From a virus: a stretch of 64,000 bases of DNA. Within the stretch, counting starts at the first letter, position 1; every line of letters starts with the position of its first letter. A model generated the notes under the pieces. The model worked only from the letters and a program-made list of their open reading frames with translations, searched no databases and was not told where the DNA came from. The translations under genes and the position numbers were made by a program. Below are positions 35,401 through 43,840 of the stretch, piece after piece. The stretch is taken from the UHGV virus genome UHGV-1356548, one strand, 5' to 3'.

Positions 35401-36377
35401 TGTCTGAAAAAACGATTACTATTAAAGAGAAGGGGATCGCCCTGTGCCATAAGGCGCAAGGCTATAGCGCTAACAACAGACCTGTATCTCTTTTGATGAA
35501 GAGTGATCTTAAGCCGGAGCAGTTAACAGACGATATTGTTAAGGCACTTCGCCAAGTTACTGTGGAGCTTAGTTTTGAAGAATACCTGCGTCGTTTCTTC
35601 GATATGTGGTATGATGATGCTAAAGCACTTGCACACATGCTTGGTTTTGAGATTGAAGAAGAGGCTTGGGCTAAAGAGCACCCCGATTGGGAATGGGCGC
35701 AAGCTGACGCAGAGTCTTGTATTGCATGGCTGGAAGAGCGTTGTGATAACGTGACCATTCATAAAGCTGCAAAAGAAGGCAAGCAGCTTAGTGTGGTAGA
35801 TCAGTACAGTCTGTTAAAAACACAACAGATTTTTGAACAAGTAACCGCTGATCTCTTCGATAAAGAAGGGAACCTGATCAAGGCGGTACAGGAACCTGCT
35901 GAGGTGGATAAAACTACCGAGGTGGATGATGTTGCAAAATCCGCAAATACCGAGGAGAATCCGGTGGACGTAACCAAAACTAAAGAGTATCTGGATCTGC
36001 TGAAGCAAGTAGAAGAGCTGAAAGCAACCCAGAGTAAAGCTGAAGAAATTATCAAGGCCCAGGTTGAAGTTGAAAAAGCTAAAATGCTGACTAAGGCTCA
36101 AGCTTTAAGCTTTGTTGGTGAAGAAGATCACGCAACCCTGGTTGACTTCATGCTGGAAAAAGCTAACGAACCTATCGTAGCTATGCTGGAGAAAGCTCAA
36201 GCAAAAATTGAAGAGCTGGAAGCAGAGGTTCATAAAACCAAAGAAGAGTTTGCCACCACTGAACATGGTAATGATGGCGAACCTGTTGTGGATGATATTG
36301 CAAAATCCGCAGAAGAAATTCTTGCTGAAAACGTTGCAAAAGCACTTGCTCGTGCACGTGCAGAATCTAACAAATAA
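35400..36377 (+). CDS. scaffolding protein (candidate)
   Basis: 325-aa highly acidic, helix-rich sequence with repeated DD(V/I)AKSA segments; immediately upstream of capsid genes. Confidence 0.5.
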   Translation: MSEKTITIKEKGIALCHKAQGYSANNRPVSLLMKSDLKPEQLTDDIVKALRQVTVELSFEEYLRRFFDMWYDDAKALAHMLGFEIEEEAWAKEHPDWEWAQADAESCIAWLEERCDNVTIHKAAKEGKQLSVVDQYSLLKTQQIFEQVTADLFDKEGNLIKAVQEPAEVDKTTEVDDVAKSANTEENPVDVTKTKEYLDLLKQVEELKATQSKAEEIIKAQVEVEKAKMLTKAQALSFVGEEDHATLVDFMLEKANEPIVAMLEKAQAKIEELEAEVHKTKEEFATTEHGNDGEPVVDDIAKSAEEILAENVAKALARARAESNK

Positions 36378-36397
36378 GACATTAACGGGGGAAATAA

Positions 36398-36787
36398 ATG
36401 ATTACCGCTCAATATTCTGATATCGTGCTCGGCAAAGTTGATTCTAGCGATGCTGGCTACAATTTTAAAGAGATGGAAATTACACTGACAGAGCACCATC
36501 ATGCTGGCACGGTTGTGACCAAAGATGGCAGCATTGCTAATCAGGACGGTTCAGACGCCTACGGCGTTCTGGTGGATCGTGCTTTAATTCCAGACTCTGC
36601 TGGTAAAGTACATATCGCTGAACCTCTTGGCACAAAGAAATATAAACTGGTTGTTGCTGTGCGTGGTGTTACTTTTGCCAAGGATAAATTGCTGGCAACT
36701 GGTGGCGCTAAAGCAGAACAGGCTGTGTTAGACAAGCTTGAGGCTCTGGGCAACAAGGTTCAGGTCCAGACTCTTGGTGAAGAGTAA
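36398..36787 (+). CDS. hypothetical head protein (possible decoration protein)
   Basis: 129-aa ORF between scaffold and major capsid genes. Confidence 0.3.
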   Translation: MITAQYSDIVLGKVDSSDAGYNFKEMEITLTEHHHAGTVVTKDGSIANQDGSDAYGVLVDRALIPDSAGKVHIAEPLGTKKYKLVVAVRGVTFAKDKLLATGGAKAEQAVLDKLEALGNKVQVQTLGEE

Positions 36788-36835
36788 GCCCTAAATTGTT
36801 CGGGAAAATATTTAAGTTTTATTTTGGAGAAATAA

Positions 36836-37846
36836 ATGATTACTCGTAAAGATGAATTTGGCATTGTTGATTTAGGTGCTACTCTGGACCTTGTTCCGCG
36901 TCAATTCCGCCTGATTACTGGTATGGATCTGTTCGAAACTCGTCTCGGCACCTCAACAATTGCTCAGATCGAACGTGTTGATGAAGTTGTAACCGACATT
37001 CCGGCACGCCGTCGTGGTGGTGAGCGTAACTACGTTGGTAGTGAACGTGCTCAGGTTAAAAACCTGAACATCCCGTTCTTCCCTCTGGACAAAGGCATCA
37101 CTGCCGCAGATGTTCAGAACTTCCGTCGTTACTTCACTCCTGATGCTCCGAAAACTGTTCAGGACGTAGTAACCCGCGTTGTTCGCCGTATCCGTGTTTC
37201 TCATGAAGCACTGCGTGAGAAAGCGCTGTTCCAGGCTATTCTGGGTAAATCCTATGCACCTGGTGACACCACCTGTCAGTATGATTACTACACTCTGTGG
37301 GGTGTGTCTCAGAAATCTGTTGAAATTGACCCTGCAAAAGCAGATCAGGATCCTATGGAGGTTCTGGAAGAAGCTCGTCTGCACATCGCACTGCAAGCTG
37401 GTGATAATGCAGCTGGCTATCGTATTGTAGCCCTGTGCTCACCAGAGTTCTTCAGTGCTATTACCCATCACCCGCTGGTAGAACTGGCATACACCTATTA
37501 CGGCTCTGCTCAGGAACCTCTGCGTCGCCGTCTGGGTGCTGGCGGTCAAGACAGCGTATACCGTGTGTTTGAGCATAAAGGTATCACCTTTATCGAAGAT
37601 ATCTCTGGCAATATTCCTAAGAAAGAAGCTCGCATTCTGCCGATGGGTATTGATCAGATGTTCCAGCTGCACTTTGCTCCGGCAGACGATGTTAACGAAG
37701 CAAATACCCCAGCACAGGAACTGTATATGTGGTATAAACACTCTGCATACCTGCGTGAAGAGAAGATTGAATCTGAAACTTCTATGCTGGCAGTTAACAC
37801 CCGCCCAGAGCTGGTTGTTAAAGTAACTCTGAAAAACGGTGGCTAA
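36836..37846 (+). CDS. major capsid protein (candidate)
   Basis: 336-aa ORF with strongly biased high-expression codon usage (CTG, CGT, GGT), followed by a strong terminator; position after scaffold. Confidence 0.6.
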   Translation: MITRKDEFGIVDLGATLDLVPRQFRLITGMDLFETRLGTSTIAQIERVDEVVTDIPARRRGGERNYVGSERAQVKNLNIPFFPLDKGITAADVQNFRRYFTPDAPKTVQDVVTRVVRRIRVSHEALREKALFQAILGKSYAPGDTTCQYDYYTLWGVSQKSVEIDPAKADQDPMEVLEEARLHIALQAGDNAAGYRIVALCSPEFFSAITHHPLVELAYTYYGSAQEPLRRRLGAGGQDSVYRVFEHKGITFIEDISGNIPKKEARILPMGIDQMFQLHFAPADDVNEANTPAQELYMWYKHSAYLREEKIESETSMLAVNTRPELVVKVTLKNGG

Positions 37847-37870
37847 TCACTAAGGTGATTCATCCCATAT

Positions 37871-37900
37871 GGGGAGGGGGTTCTCCCCTCCCCTTTTTAT
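37871..37900 (+). terminator. rho-independent terminator
   Basis: GGGGAGGGGG-TTCT-CCCCTCCCC hairpin followed by TTTTTATTTATT. Confidence 0.7.
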
Positions 37901-37926
37901 TTATTAGGGTTTAACAGGAGTGTCCC

Positions 37927-38772
37927 GTGAAGAGAGCTGTATATCCAGTTGAGTATGATCCTCTATTAAGAGTTTTCAACAATCAATTAAGTTTTTATCA
38001 ATTTTTAGCACAATACAATCAAGAAATCAATGTTGGTTTATCAGCTCTGCTGCCACCAACAGAATTCGTTATTGGCAGTGTTCACTATCCATGTAGAACG
38101 ATTGTAGACTTCTTCGAGAAGATTGCAAAACATACAGGCCTGCCAATTGATACTGGTATTTCAACTATCCGTATGGGTGTTATTCTTCTGTTCTTCACAG
38201 AGAACCTTGATGAAAGCACTTTAACACTGCAAAGCGGGGATGTCAATATCACCCTCACCCCGTCAGTGTTTAAAGAGGTAGATGCTGCTTTCCAAGTTTC
38301 CGTGGCAGAGGGCCATCTATGGGACCCTGTAGGGATGCCTAAAAAAGTGACCATAAACGATGAGCAATGCAACATTGTTTATGAAGAAGATACCCAAACT
38401 TTCACCATTGAGTGGCCTAAGAAACGTTCTCAGGTTGTAAATCTTGGACTGGTTTCTACGATAGCTCCACCGCCTGAACCAGAACCGGAGCTGCCTGTAG
38501 GTCCTACTGAACCTGGTGGTGACGGTGAAGAATCCCCAGATCCGGCTGCACCGGGAGGTACTGAGCAGGATCCTGAACAGGCACAAGAATCAAGATCTTC
38601 TCGCAGTGATATTGATGCCATACTGCAGCAGGCCGCAGCTCTTAACAACGAAGATGACAAAAGTGGTTCAAAAGATGCACTCCAAACCTTCGCCAAAGAG
38701 CACGGTGTTACCTTAAGTAAGGCAAAAACTTTCCAAAATATGATGAAAGATTTTGAGGCTGCACTGGCATAA
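37927..38772 (+). CDS. hypothetical structural protein
   Basis: 281-aa ORF (GTG start) with Pro/Glu-rich linker PPPEPEPELPVGPTEPGG. Confidence 0.35.
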   Translation: MKRAVYPVEYDPLLRVFNNQLSFYQFLAQYNQEINVGLSALLPPTEFVIGSVHYPCRTIVDFFEKIAKHTGLPIDTGISTIRMGVILLFFTENLDESTLTLQSGDVNITLTPSVFKEVDAAFQVSVAEGHLWDPVGMPKKVTINDEQCNIVYEEDTQTFTIEWPKKRSQVVNLGLVSTIAPPPEPEPELPVGPTEPGGDGEESPDPAAPGGTEQDPEQAQESRSSRSDIDAILQQAAALNNEDDKSGSKDALQTFAKEHGVTLSKAKTFQNMMKDFEAALA

Positions 38773-38782
38773 TTTTGTTAAG

Positions 38783-38816
38783 GCCCCTTCCAAATCAGGA
38801 ATGGGGCTTTATTTTT
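38783..38816 (+). terminator. rho-independent terminator (imperfect stem)
   Basis: GCCCCTTCC...GGAATGGGGC hairpin followed by TTTATTTTT. Confidence 0.45.
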
Positions 38817-38831
38817 ACGAGGTATTTTCAA

Positions 38832-39452
38832 ATGGCATGGTATGAAGATGAAGAGATTATCCCGTCCCCGCCTAACCATGATGGTGTAGTCGATACCCCA
38901 GAAGAACCACCAAAAGAAGATCCTGTACCTCCGGAACCTGATCCAGACCAACCTCTTATTAATATTATGAGGTTGTTGCTTGGCAATGTTGATGAGGAAA
39001 CCCTCCCTGATGAGGTAATTAAAACATTCCTTGACATGGAGAAGTTGAAACTAAATTATCCGGCAGATCCTGATAAGCTGCCCCTGCTTAAGTACAATGT
39101 GCTTGTGCAGCTTGTGCGGTGGCTGATGATGCAGGAAGTGTCCAGCGGTAATGCAAGTATAACTTCCCGTCTGGAAAAAATAGGTGATGAGACCATAGAG
39201 ATTCGTGGTGGATCTTCCTACGCCCAATGGAAAGATTTCCTTGATTGGCTGCTGGCACACCCAGACTATGTAGATTCTGAGCTAGATGCTTACAGCAGAA
39301 TGATTATCATTGGTGGTGTTCGTGTAGATGAAGGAATTCGGGTTAAATTTAATGAAAACAGCAACGGGCCGTTCGATGTCCAGGGTATTACACCTATCAG
39401 TGGTCTAAATAACCAACCTCCCCGCCACCCAAGACGCAAACGCAGTTTTTAA
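38832..39452 (+). CDS. hypothetical structural protein
   Basis: Start at ATG 38832 (MAWYEDEE); acidic, Pro-rich N-terminus. Confidence 0.35.
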   Translation: MAWYEDEEIIPSPPNHDGVVDTPEEPPKEDPVPPEPDPDQPLINIMRLLLGNVDEETLPDEVIKTFLDMEKLKLNYPADPDKLPLLKYNVLVQLVRWLMMQEVSSGNASITSRLEKIGDETIEIRGGSSYAQWKDFLDWLLAHPDYVDSELDAYSRMIIIGGVRVDEGIRVKFNENSNGPFDVQGITPISGLNNQPPRHPRRKRSF

Positions 39453-39458
39453 AAATTG

Positions 39459-39487
39459 TTGCTTTTGATGTATCTTTGTGGTAAAAT
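39459..39487 (+). promoter_or_regulatory. sigma70-like promoter with extended -10 (TGgTAAAAT)
   Basis: TTGCTT, 17-bp spacer ending TGG, TAAAAT; the TGGTAAAATA motif recurs at 43001, 57143 and 62414. Confidence 0.5.
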
Positions 39488-39505
39488 ACATTAGTGAGGG
39501 ATATA

Positions 39506-39964
39506 ATGCTAAAGGTTAAATGTCAAACAAGGTTCAACCTAAAGCGTTTAGATAGCTTCTACAAAGAACTTGTGAGACTTGAAAGTAAAACAATAACCTA
39601 CGGCTTTTATGATGAACCTCACCCGTCAGGCTTAAATATGGCAACATTGGCAGCCATTCACAACTTCGGTTGGAACGGGCTGCCTGTTCGCAATTTCATG
39701 GAGACAGCCTTTGCATTTCACAGCACTCAACTACAGACCTTGACAGAAAAATTGTTGAGAGCTATGGCTAGAGGATCAAGTGCAGAGGCTATTCTTAAGC
39801 AGATGGGGGACACAGGGGCCAAAGCTATCCAGTTTGTTATTGAGGCTGGGCAGTTTAGTAATCCTACTGTTAGCGAGCAGTGGGCACAAGAGAAAGGCTT
39901 CAACGAGGCTATGCGGCATTACGATGTGCTGCTTGAATCTGCAACCTTTAAAATCGGACAGTAA
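39506..39964 (+). CDS. hypothetical protein (head-tail region)
   Basis: Start at ATG 39506 with GAGGG RBS. Confidence 0.35.
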   Translation: MLKVKCQTRFNLKRLDSFYKELVRLESKTITYGFYDEPHPSGLNMATLAAIHNFGWNGLPVRNFMETAFAFHSTQLQTLTEKLLRAMARGSSAEAILKQMGDTGAKAIQFVIEAGQFSNPTVSEQWAQEKGFNEAMRHYDVLLESATFKIGQ

Positions 39965-39980
39965 AAAATAAGGGGGTTGA

Positions 39981-40406
39981 GTGGCAGCAGGTTATAAGCT
40001 GATAGGAAAGAACAGACTAATACCTCGTAAAACATTCAAAGGTCGCCACAGAGTGTATAACAAAACAGTTGGTGGCCCTTTTGCCAACGAGGGGTTAGAA
40101 CTTGAGTATGAAGAGTTTGATGTCTTAGAGTGTGTTGTGCAGCCGTTGACAGGAAGGGCAGCTAAAGATTACTCCTCTCAAATAAACCCTGAAGGTGACA
40201 GACAGTACGAGGCTTTTACAGTTTACTCCTCAACCAAGTTGTATAGTCCGGACGAAGGAACATATGCAATGGCTGACCAAATTCAGCTGCCTGACATCCG
40301 TGGTGACTTGAAATGGTTTACTGTTTTAAAATGCGATGCATATGTTACCTCTGGTGGTGGGAGATATAGATTTTTTGTGGTAGAAGAGCCTGAAGGAGAA
40401 AACTGA
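39981..40406 (+). CDS. hypothetical protein (head-tail region)
   Basis: GTG start after AGGGGG RBS; 141 aa. Confidence 0.35.
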   Translation: MAAGYKLIGKNRLIPRKTFKGRHRVYNKTVGGPFANEGLELEYEEFDVLECVVQPLTGRAAKDYSSQINPEGDRQYEAFTVYSSTKLYSPDEGTYAMADQIQLPDIRGDLKWFTVLKCDAYVTSGGGRYRFFVVEEPEGEN

Positions 40407-40957
40407 TGGAAGCTTTCGAAAAAGTTTTTTCTGATCTTGAAACAACCATTGCTAAGCTTGTCAAGGTTGCCACAGGAAGAACTGTAGTTCTGGCAGAAAG
40501 CTCTACCATACCGAAGCCGGAAGGTGAGTTTGTACTCTTACAAACCTTGGCGATCAATCCCACCACTTGGGAAGATAATGAGTTTCAAGATGCGGAGGGT
40601 AATGCTTACGTCACCCACAGCTACACTGTTACTTATCTGTTAACAGCTTATCGTGGCAGGGCATATGCTGCACTTAGCAGAGTATTGCAAGCAATAAACC
40701 TTCCAATGTTTTATGACAAGTATTTCCCTCTGGGATCGTGCTTTGCCTACTCTAACAATTCAACAATCTCACCTCAAAGAGTGCCGTTGAATAAGCAGAC
40801 GTATGAAAATAGAGCCACTGTGATGCTGACATTTAACGTAAGGTTTGTTGAAACAGACATTGGGGCTTTTGAGGATCTTCAGGGAATTAAGGCTGAAATA
40901 ACCACACACTTCCCTTCACCCAATTCTGGTAAAGCGGTTACAGACAGTGGTCAGTAA
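40406..40957 (+). CDS. hypothetical protein (head-tail region)
   Basis: 183-aa ORF, ATGA overlap with upstream gene. Confidence 0.35.
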   Translation: MEAFEKVFSDLETTIAKLVKVATGRTVVLAESSTIPKPEGEFVLLQTLAINPTTWEDNEFQDAEGNAYVTHSYTVTYLLTAYRGRAYAALSRVLQAINLPMFYDKYFPLGSCFAYSNNSTISPQRVPLNKQTYENRATVMLTFNVRFVETDIGAFEDLQGIKAEITTHFPSPNSGKAVTDSGQ

Positions 40958-41029
40958 TCGTTATAATTGTGTAGTGTAATGATTACACTGCGTGTTTGAT
41001 ATCCGTGCACAGATATTAAGAGGAAACAA

Positions 41030-42406
41030 ATGCCATATTTAGATAAAGTGGTAGATGTTACAGTTAACCTCGGAACCCAGCCTATTGACACTGTAGGTTT
41101 CGAAACTCCCCTGTTCATCGCTATCCACAACAACTTTACTGAGCGAGCTCGCGTATATGCAGAGCTGGATCAGATGGTGGAAGATGGTTTCGCACAAGGC
41201 TCTGCAGCGTATGAGTTTGCAGCAAAAGCTTTTGGTGGTGTATTCCCTCCACAATACGTTATGATCGGCAGACAGGCCAAAGAAAAGACCACTGTAGATT
41301 TTAAAGGTATTGCTGCCGCAGCTGATACCGATGTCGTAATGACTATTGCAAAAGGTAGCTACAATACCTCTTTGATAGTCCCTATCTCTGGTGGAACAGC
41401 TGCAACTCAGATTGCAGAGTCAATGAAGACTAAAATCGAAGCAGATGATAACTTGGACGATATCACTGTAGAGGCTGCTGATGGTGTTATCACCATCACT
41501 GGTGACTGTACTGTTGGTTACCATACTGGTAACTATACAATCAAAAATATCGCCAATGCTGAAAAACCTTCTACAGTAGTTGATAAGATCAATGCTGAGC
41601 GTGACAATTGGTACTTCCTGTGCCATGAAGACCACACCGACATTGAAGCATGTGCTAAGTGGGCTCAGGCTAACTACAAGCTGCATGTCTACTCTACTGC
41701 AGAAGATGTGACTGGTAAAGATAATAACATCGCCACCAAACTGAAATCTGCACAATATGACAGTGTCGGCATGTACGATCCTCGTGCAGATAAGGACTTC
41801 CCGGAGGGTGGTATCATAGGTGCTATGGCATCCAACGATCCGTCTTACGGCGACAGCTTGCACTTAAAACAGATGCCAGGTGTGATTGCACCGTCTCTGA
41901 CTTTAACTCAGCGTATGGCTATTTGGGAAAACCACGTTAACTTCTACAGAATGATTAACGGTGTTGGCGCTTTCTGGGAAGGTAAGTGTGCTTCAGGTCA
42001 GTATGCAGACGCTATTCGTTTTGCACACTGGATCAAGTTCAGATCTGAAGAATCTATGTTTGGGTACATGCATCGTCGCTCCAACATGGGTTTAAGCATG
42101 AAGATGTCTGATGATGATCTTCCGGTTATCAAGTCTGTTCTGATGAACAACCCGATCAATACTGGCATTAAGAATGGCGCGATCCTGACAGGTTTTGACG
42201 AAGACAACAATGTGTTCTACGACCCGATCATCACAGTTCCTAAACGTGCAGAAATCCCAACCAATCAGTTGGCTGCTCGTGTTCTGGAAGGTGTGAAAGT
42301 AGAACTGGTGTATAACAACGCCCTGCACTTCGTTCGTATCCGGATCAACGTCCTTCTGGACAAAGTTGGTTCTAAATCCACCAATGCTGTTGCAATGACT
42401 GAATAA
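41030..42406 (+). CDS. major tail structural protein (sheath-like or large tube-class, undetermined)
   Basis: 458-aa ORF with high-expression codon usage, two genes upstream of the chaperone pair and tape measure; family cannot be decided by eye. Confidence 0.45.
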   Translation: MPYLDKVVDVTVNLGTQPIDTVGFETPLFIAIHNNFTERARVYAELDQMVEDGFAQGSAAYEFAAKAFGGVFPPQYVMIGRQAKEKTTVDFKGIAAAADTDVVMTIAKGSYNTSLIVPISGGTAATQIAESMKTKIEADDNLDDITVEAADGVITITGDCTVGYHTGNYTIKNIANAEKPSTVVDKINAERDNWYFLCHEDHTDIEACAKWAQANYKLHVYSTAEDVTGKDNNIATKLKSAQYDSVGMYDPRADKDFPEGGIIGAMASNDPSYGDSLHLKQMPGVIAPSLTLTQRMAIWENHVNFYRMINGVGAFWEGKCASGQYADAIRFAHWIKFRSEESMFGYMHRRSNMGLSMKMSDDDLPVIKSVLMNNPINTGIKNGAILTGFDEDNNVFYDPIITVPKRAEIPTNQLAARVLEGVKVELVYNNALHFVRIRINVLLDKVGSKSTNAVAMTE

Positions 42407-42416
42407 GGAAGCCTAG

Positions 42417-42890
42417 ATGGAAACTCAAATTTTAACTCCTTATGCGTATGACCCTAAAAAGGTCAAACTGTATCTGATGCAGCAGCGTGTCACTGGCTTC
42501 GCTGCTGACACCAAGATTGTTGTTTCAAGAAACGAAGACAACATTTATCCTCACGTTGGTGTGGATGGTGAAATGTCTGCAGCTCTGTCCCGTAACCAAT
42601 CTGGTGTTATGACTGTGTCTTTGCAGAACACTTCTGTATGGAACGCTTACCTTTCTGACTGGCAGAAACAGGCATCTATTACTGGCCTGGTATTCTTCCC
42701 GGTTCTGCTGGAAGGTAGCCAGGGCCCTGGTATTTCCACAATCGGTTGGATCCAGAAACAGCCTGACCTGACTTACGGAACCGAAGTAGGTCAACTGGAC
42801 TGGGATATCGGTATTCTGGATGCATGGCTCAACCGTGATAACATTACTGGTGCTCTCACTGGCCTCGCAGGTCTTGCAGGTATTATCTAA
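42417..42890 (+). CDS. tail tube-like protein (candidate)
   Basis: 157-aa ORF with high-expression codon usage, followed by a terminator and then the chaperone/tape-measure genes. Confidence 0.4.
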   Translation: METQILTPYAYDPKKVKLYLMQQRVTGFAADTKIVVSRNEDNIYPHVGVDGEMSAALSRNQSGVMTVSLQNTSVWNAYLSDWQKQASITGLVFFPVLLEGSQGPGISTIGWIQKQPDLTYGTEVGQLDWDIGILDAWLNRDNITGALTGLAGLAGII

Positions 42891-42918
42891 GGGCACATTT
42901 TAGCATAAGCCTCACCTT

Positions 42919-42945
42919 AGGGTGGGGCTTTTTGCTTTTATGGTT
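42919..42945 (+). terminator. rho-independent terminator
   Basis: GCCTCACC-TTAG-GGTGGGGC hairpin (one G-U pair) followed by TTTTT. Confidence 0.6.
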
Positions 42946-42980
42946 TTGACACACGTTCTTGAATTGCTTGAAAGGTTAAA

Positions 42981-43009
42981 TTGACAATGCACCATAATCA
43001 TGGTAAAAT
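42981..43009 (+). promoter_or_regulatory. sigma70-like promoter with extended -10
   Basis: TTGACA, 17-bp spacer ending TGG, TAAAAT; upstream of the tail assembly chaperone gene. Confidence 0.55.
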
Positions 43010-43052
43010 ACACAAATATGGTGCACAACATGACTAATAAGGATGCTATAAA

Positions 43053-43526
43053 ATGGCTATAAACTTTAGACCTACAACAGAGATTGATTTAGCAGGGCAC
43101 AACTTTGTGATCACCCACTGGGGACCGATGAAAGCAATGAAAAACATGCCTAAAATCGGTAAGATTGTGGCTGTCCCGCTAGGTGCTATCGGTGGATCTA
43201 TTATCTCTGGTGGTCAGAATATGGCAGAGGTCCTTCCTACTGCTCTGGCTTACCTGTTCCAAGAACTTGATGATAATTCTATTGAAGAGTTATTTAAAAT
43301 CTTGTTCGAAGATATTACCGTAGATGGTGTGGATAAGCTTAACCCGGATGTTGTGTTTGCAGGGCATCTGCTGGAGATGATTAAGCTGGCAGGTAAGGTT
43401 CTGGAGGTTAACTACGGCTGTTTTTTCACACAAGACGGTTTAGGAAGCCTTCTGGAGATGTTACAGCAGATGGGTATGATTCAGCAGGTGAACAACCTGG
43501 ATCAGACTCCGGAAGAGCAGGAATAA
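43053..43526 (+). CDS. tail assembly chaperone (G-like)
   Basis: 157-aa acidic ORF immediately upstream of the tape measure gene; contains an internal slippery heptamer. Confidence 0.55.
   Translation: MAINFRPTTEIDLAGHNFVITHWGPMKAMKNMPKIGKIVAVPLGAIGGSIISGGQNMAEVLPTALAYLFQELDDNSIEELFKILFEDITVDGVDKLNPDVVFAGHLLEMIKLAGKVLEVNYGCFFTQDGLGSLLEMLQQMGMIQQVNNLDQTPEEQE
43421..43427 (+). promoter_or_regulatory. programmed -1 ribosomal frameshift slippery site
   Basis: U UUU UUC heptamer in the zero frame (codons TTT 43422-43424, TTC 43425-43427); the -1 frame is open from here to 43786. Confidence 0.5.
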
Positions 43527-43786
43527 GTAAGGTTGTTGTGAGGGCCAGTGAGTGGGCAGCCAAGAACAGTTCACTCAACTGGTTCGACTTTCTTTGGTGC
43601 AGGGTGCTCAAGAATTTCAAAGGGGAAAATTTTGAATCGCTAAATCTTGCAGATATGGCGTATTTCCTGAAGCTCTGTGAGTATCTTGATATCGAAGAAT
43701 TCCTAGATACCGTCCAAAACAGGGAAATGGAGCGGGAGCAGAAGGCTGCCGCAGCTGCTGCGAAAGCTAAGCGCAGGAGAGGATAA
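43427..43786 (+). CDS. tail assembly chaperone frameshift extension (GT-like)
   Basis: -1 frame open with no stop from 43427 to 43786; would yield a fusion of about 244 aa (43053-43426 plus 43427-43786), as in lambda G/GT. Confidence 0.45.
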   Translation, partial: HTRRFRKPSGDVTADGYDSAGEQPGSDSGRAGISKVVVRASEWAAKNSSLNWFDFLWCRVLKNFKGENFESLNLADMAYFLKLCEYLDIEEFLDTVQNREMEREQKAAAAAAKAKRRRG

Positions 43787-43840
43787 TCTAAGGGCCGGAT
43801 TCCTTTTCTGGGATCTGGCCCTTTTTATTATGAGGAAACC

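Noticed and set aside
41030-42890. Confident call of 41030-42406 as a contractile tail sheath and of the phage as a myovirus
   Set aside because: The sheath-plus-tube size pattern fits, but the lambda J-like gene argues for a non-contractile tail tip; the two cannot be reconciled by eye, so the call is left open.
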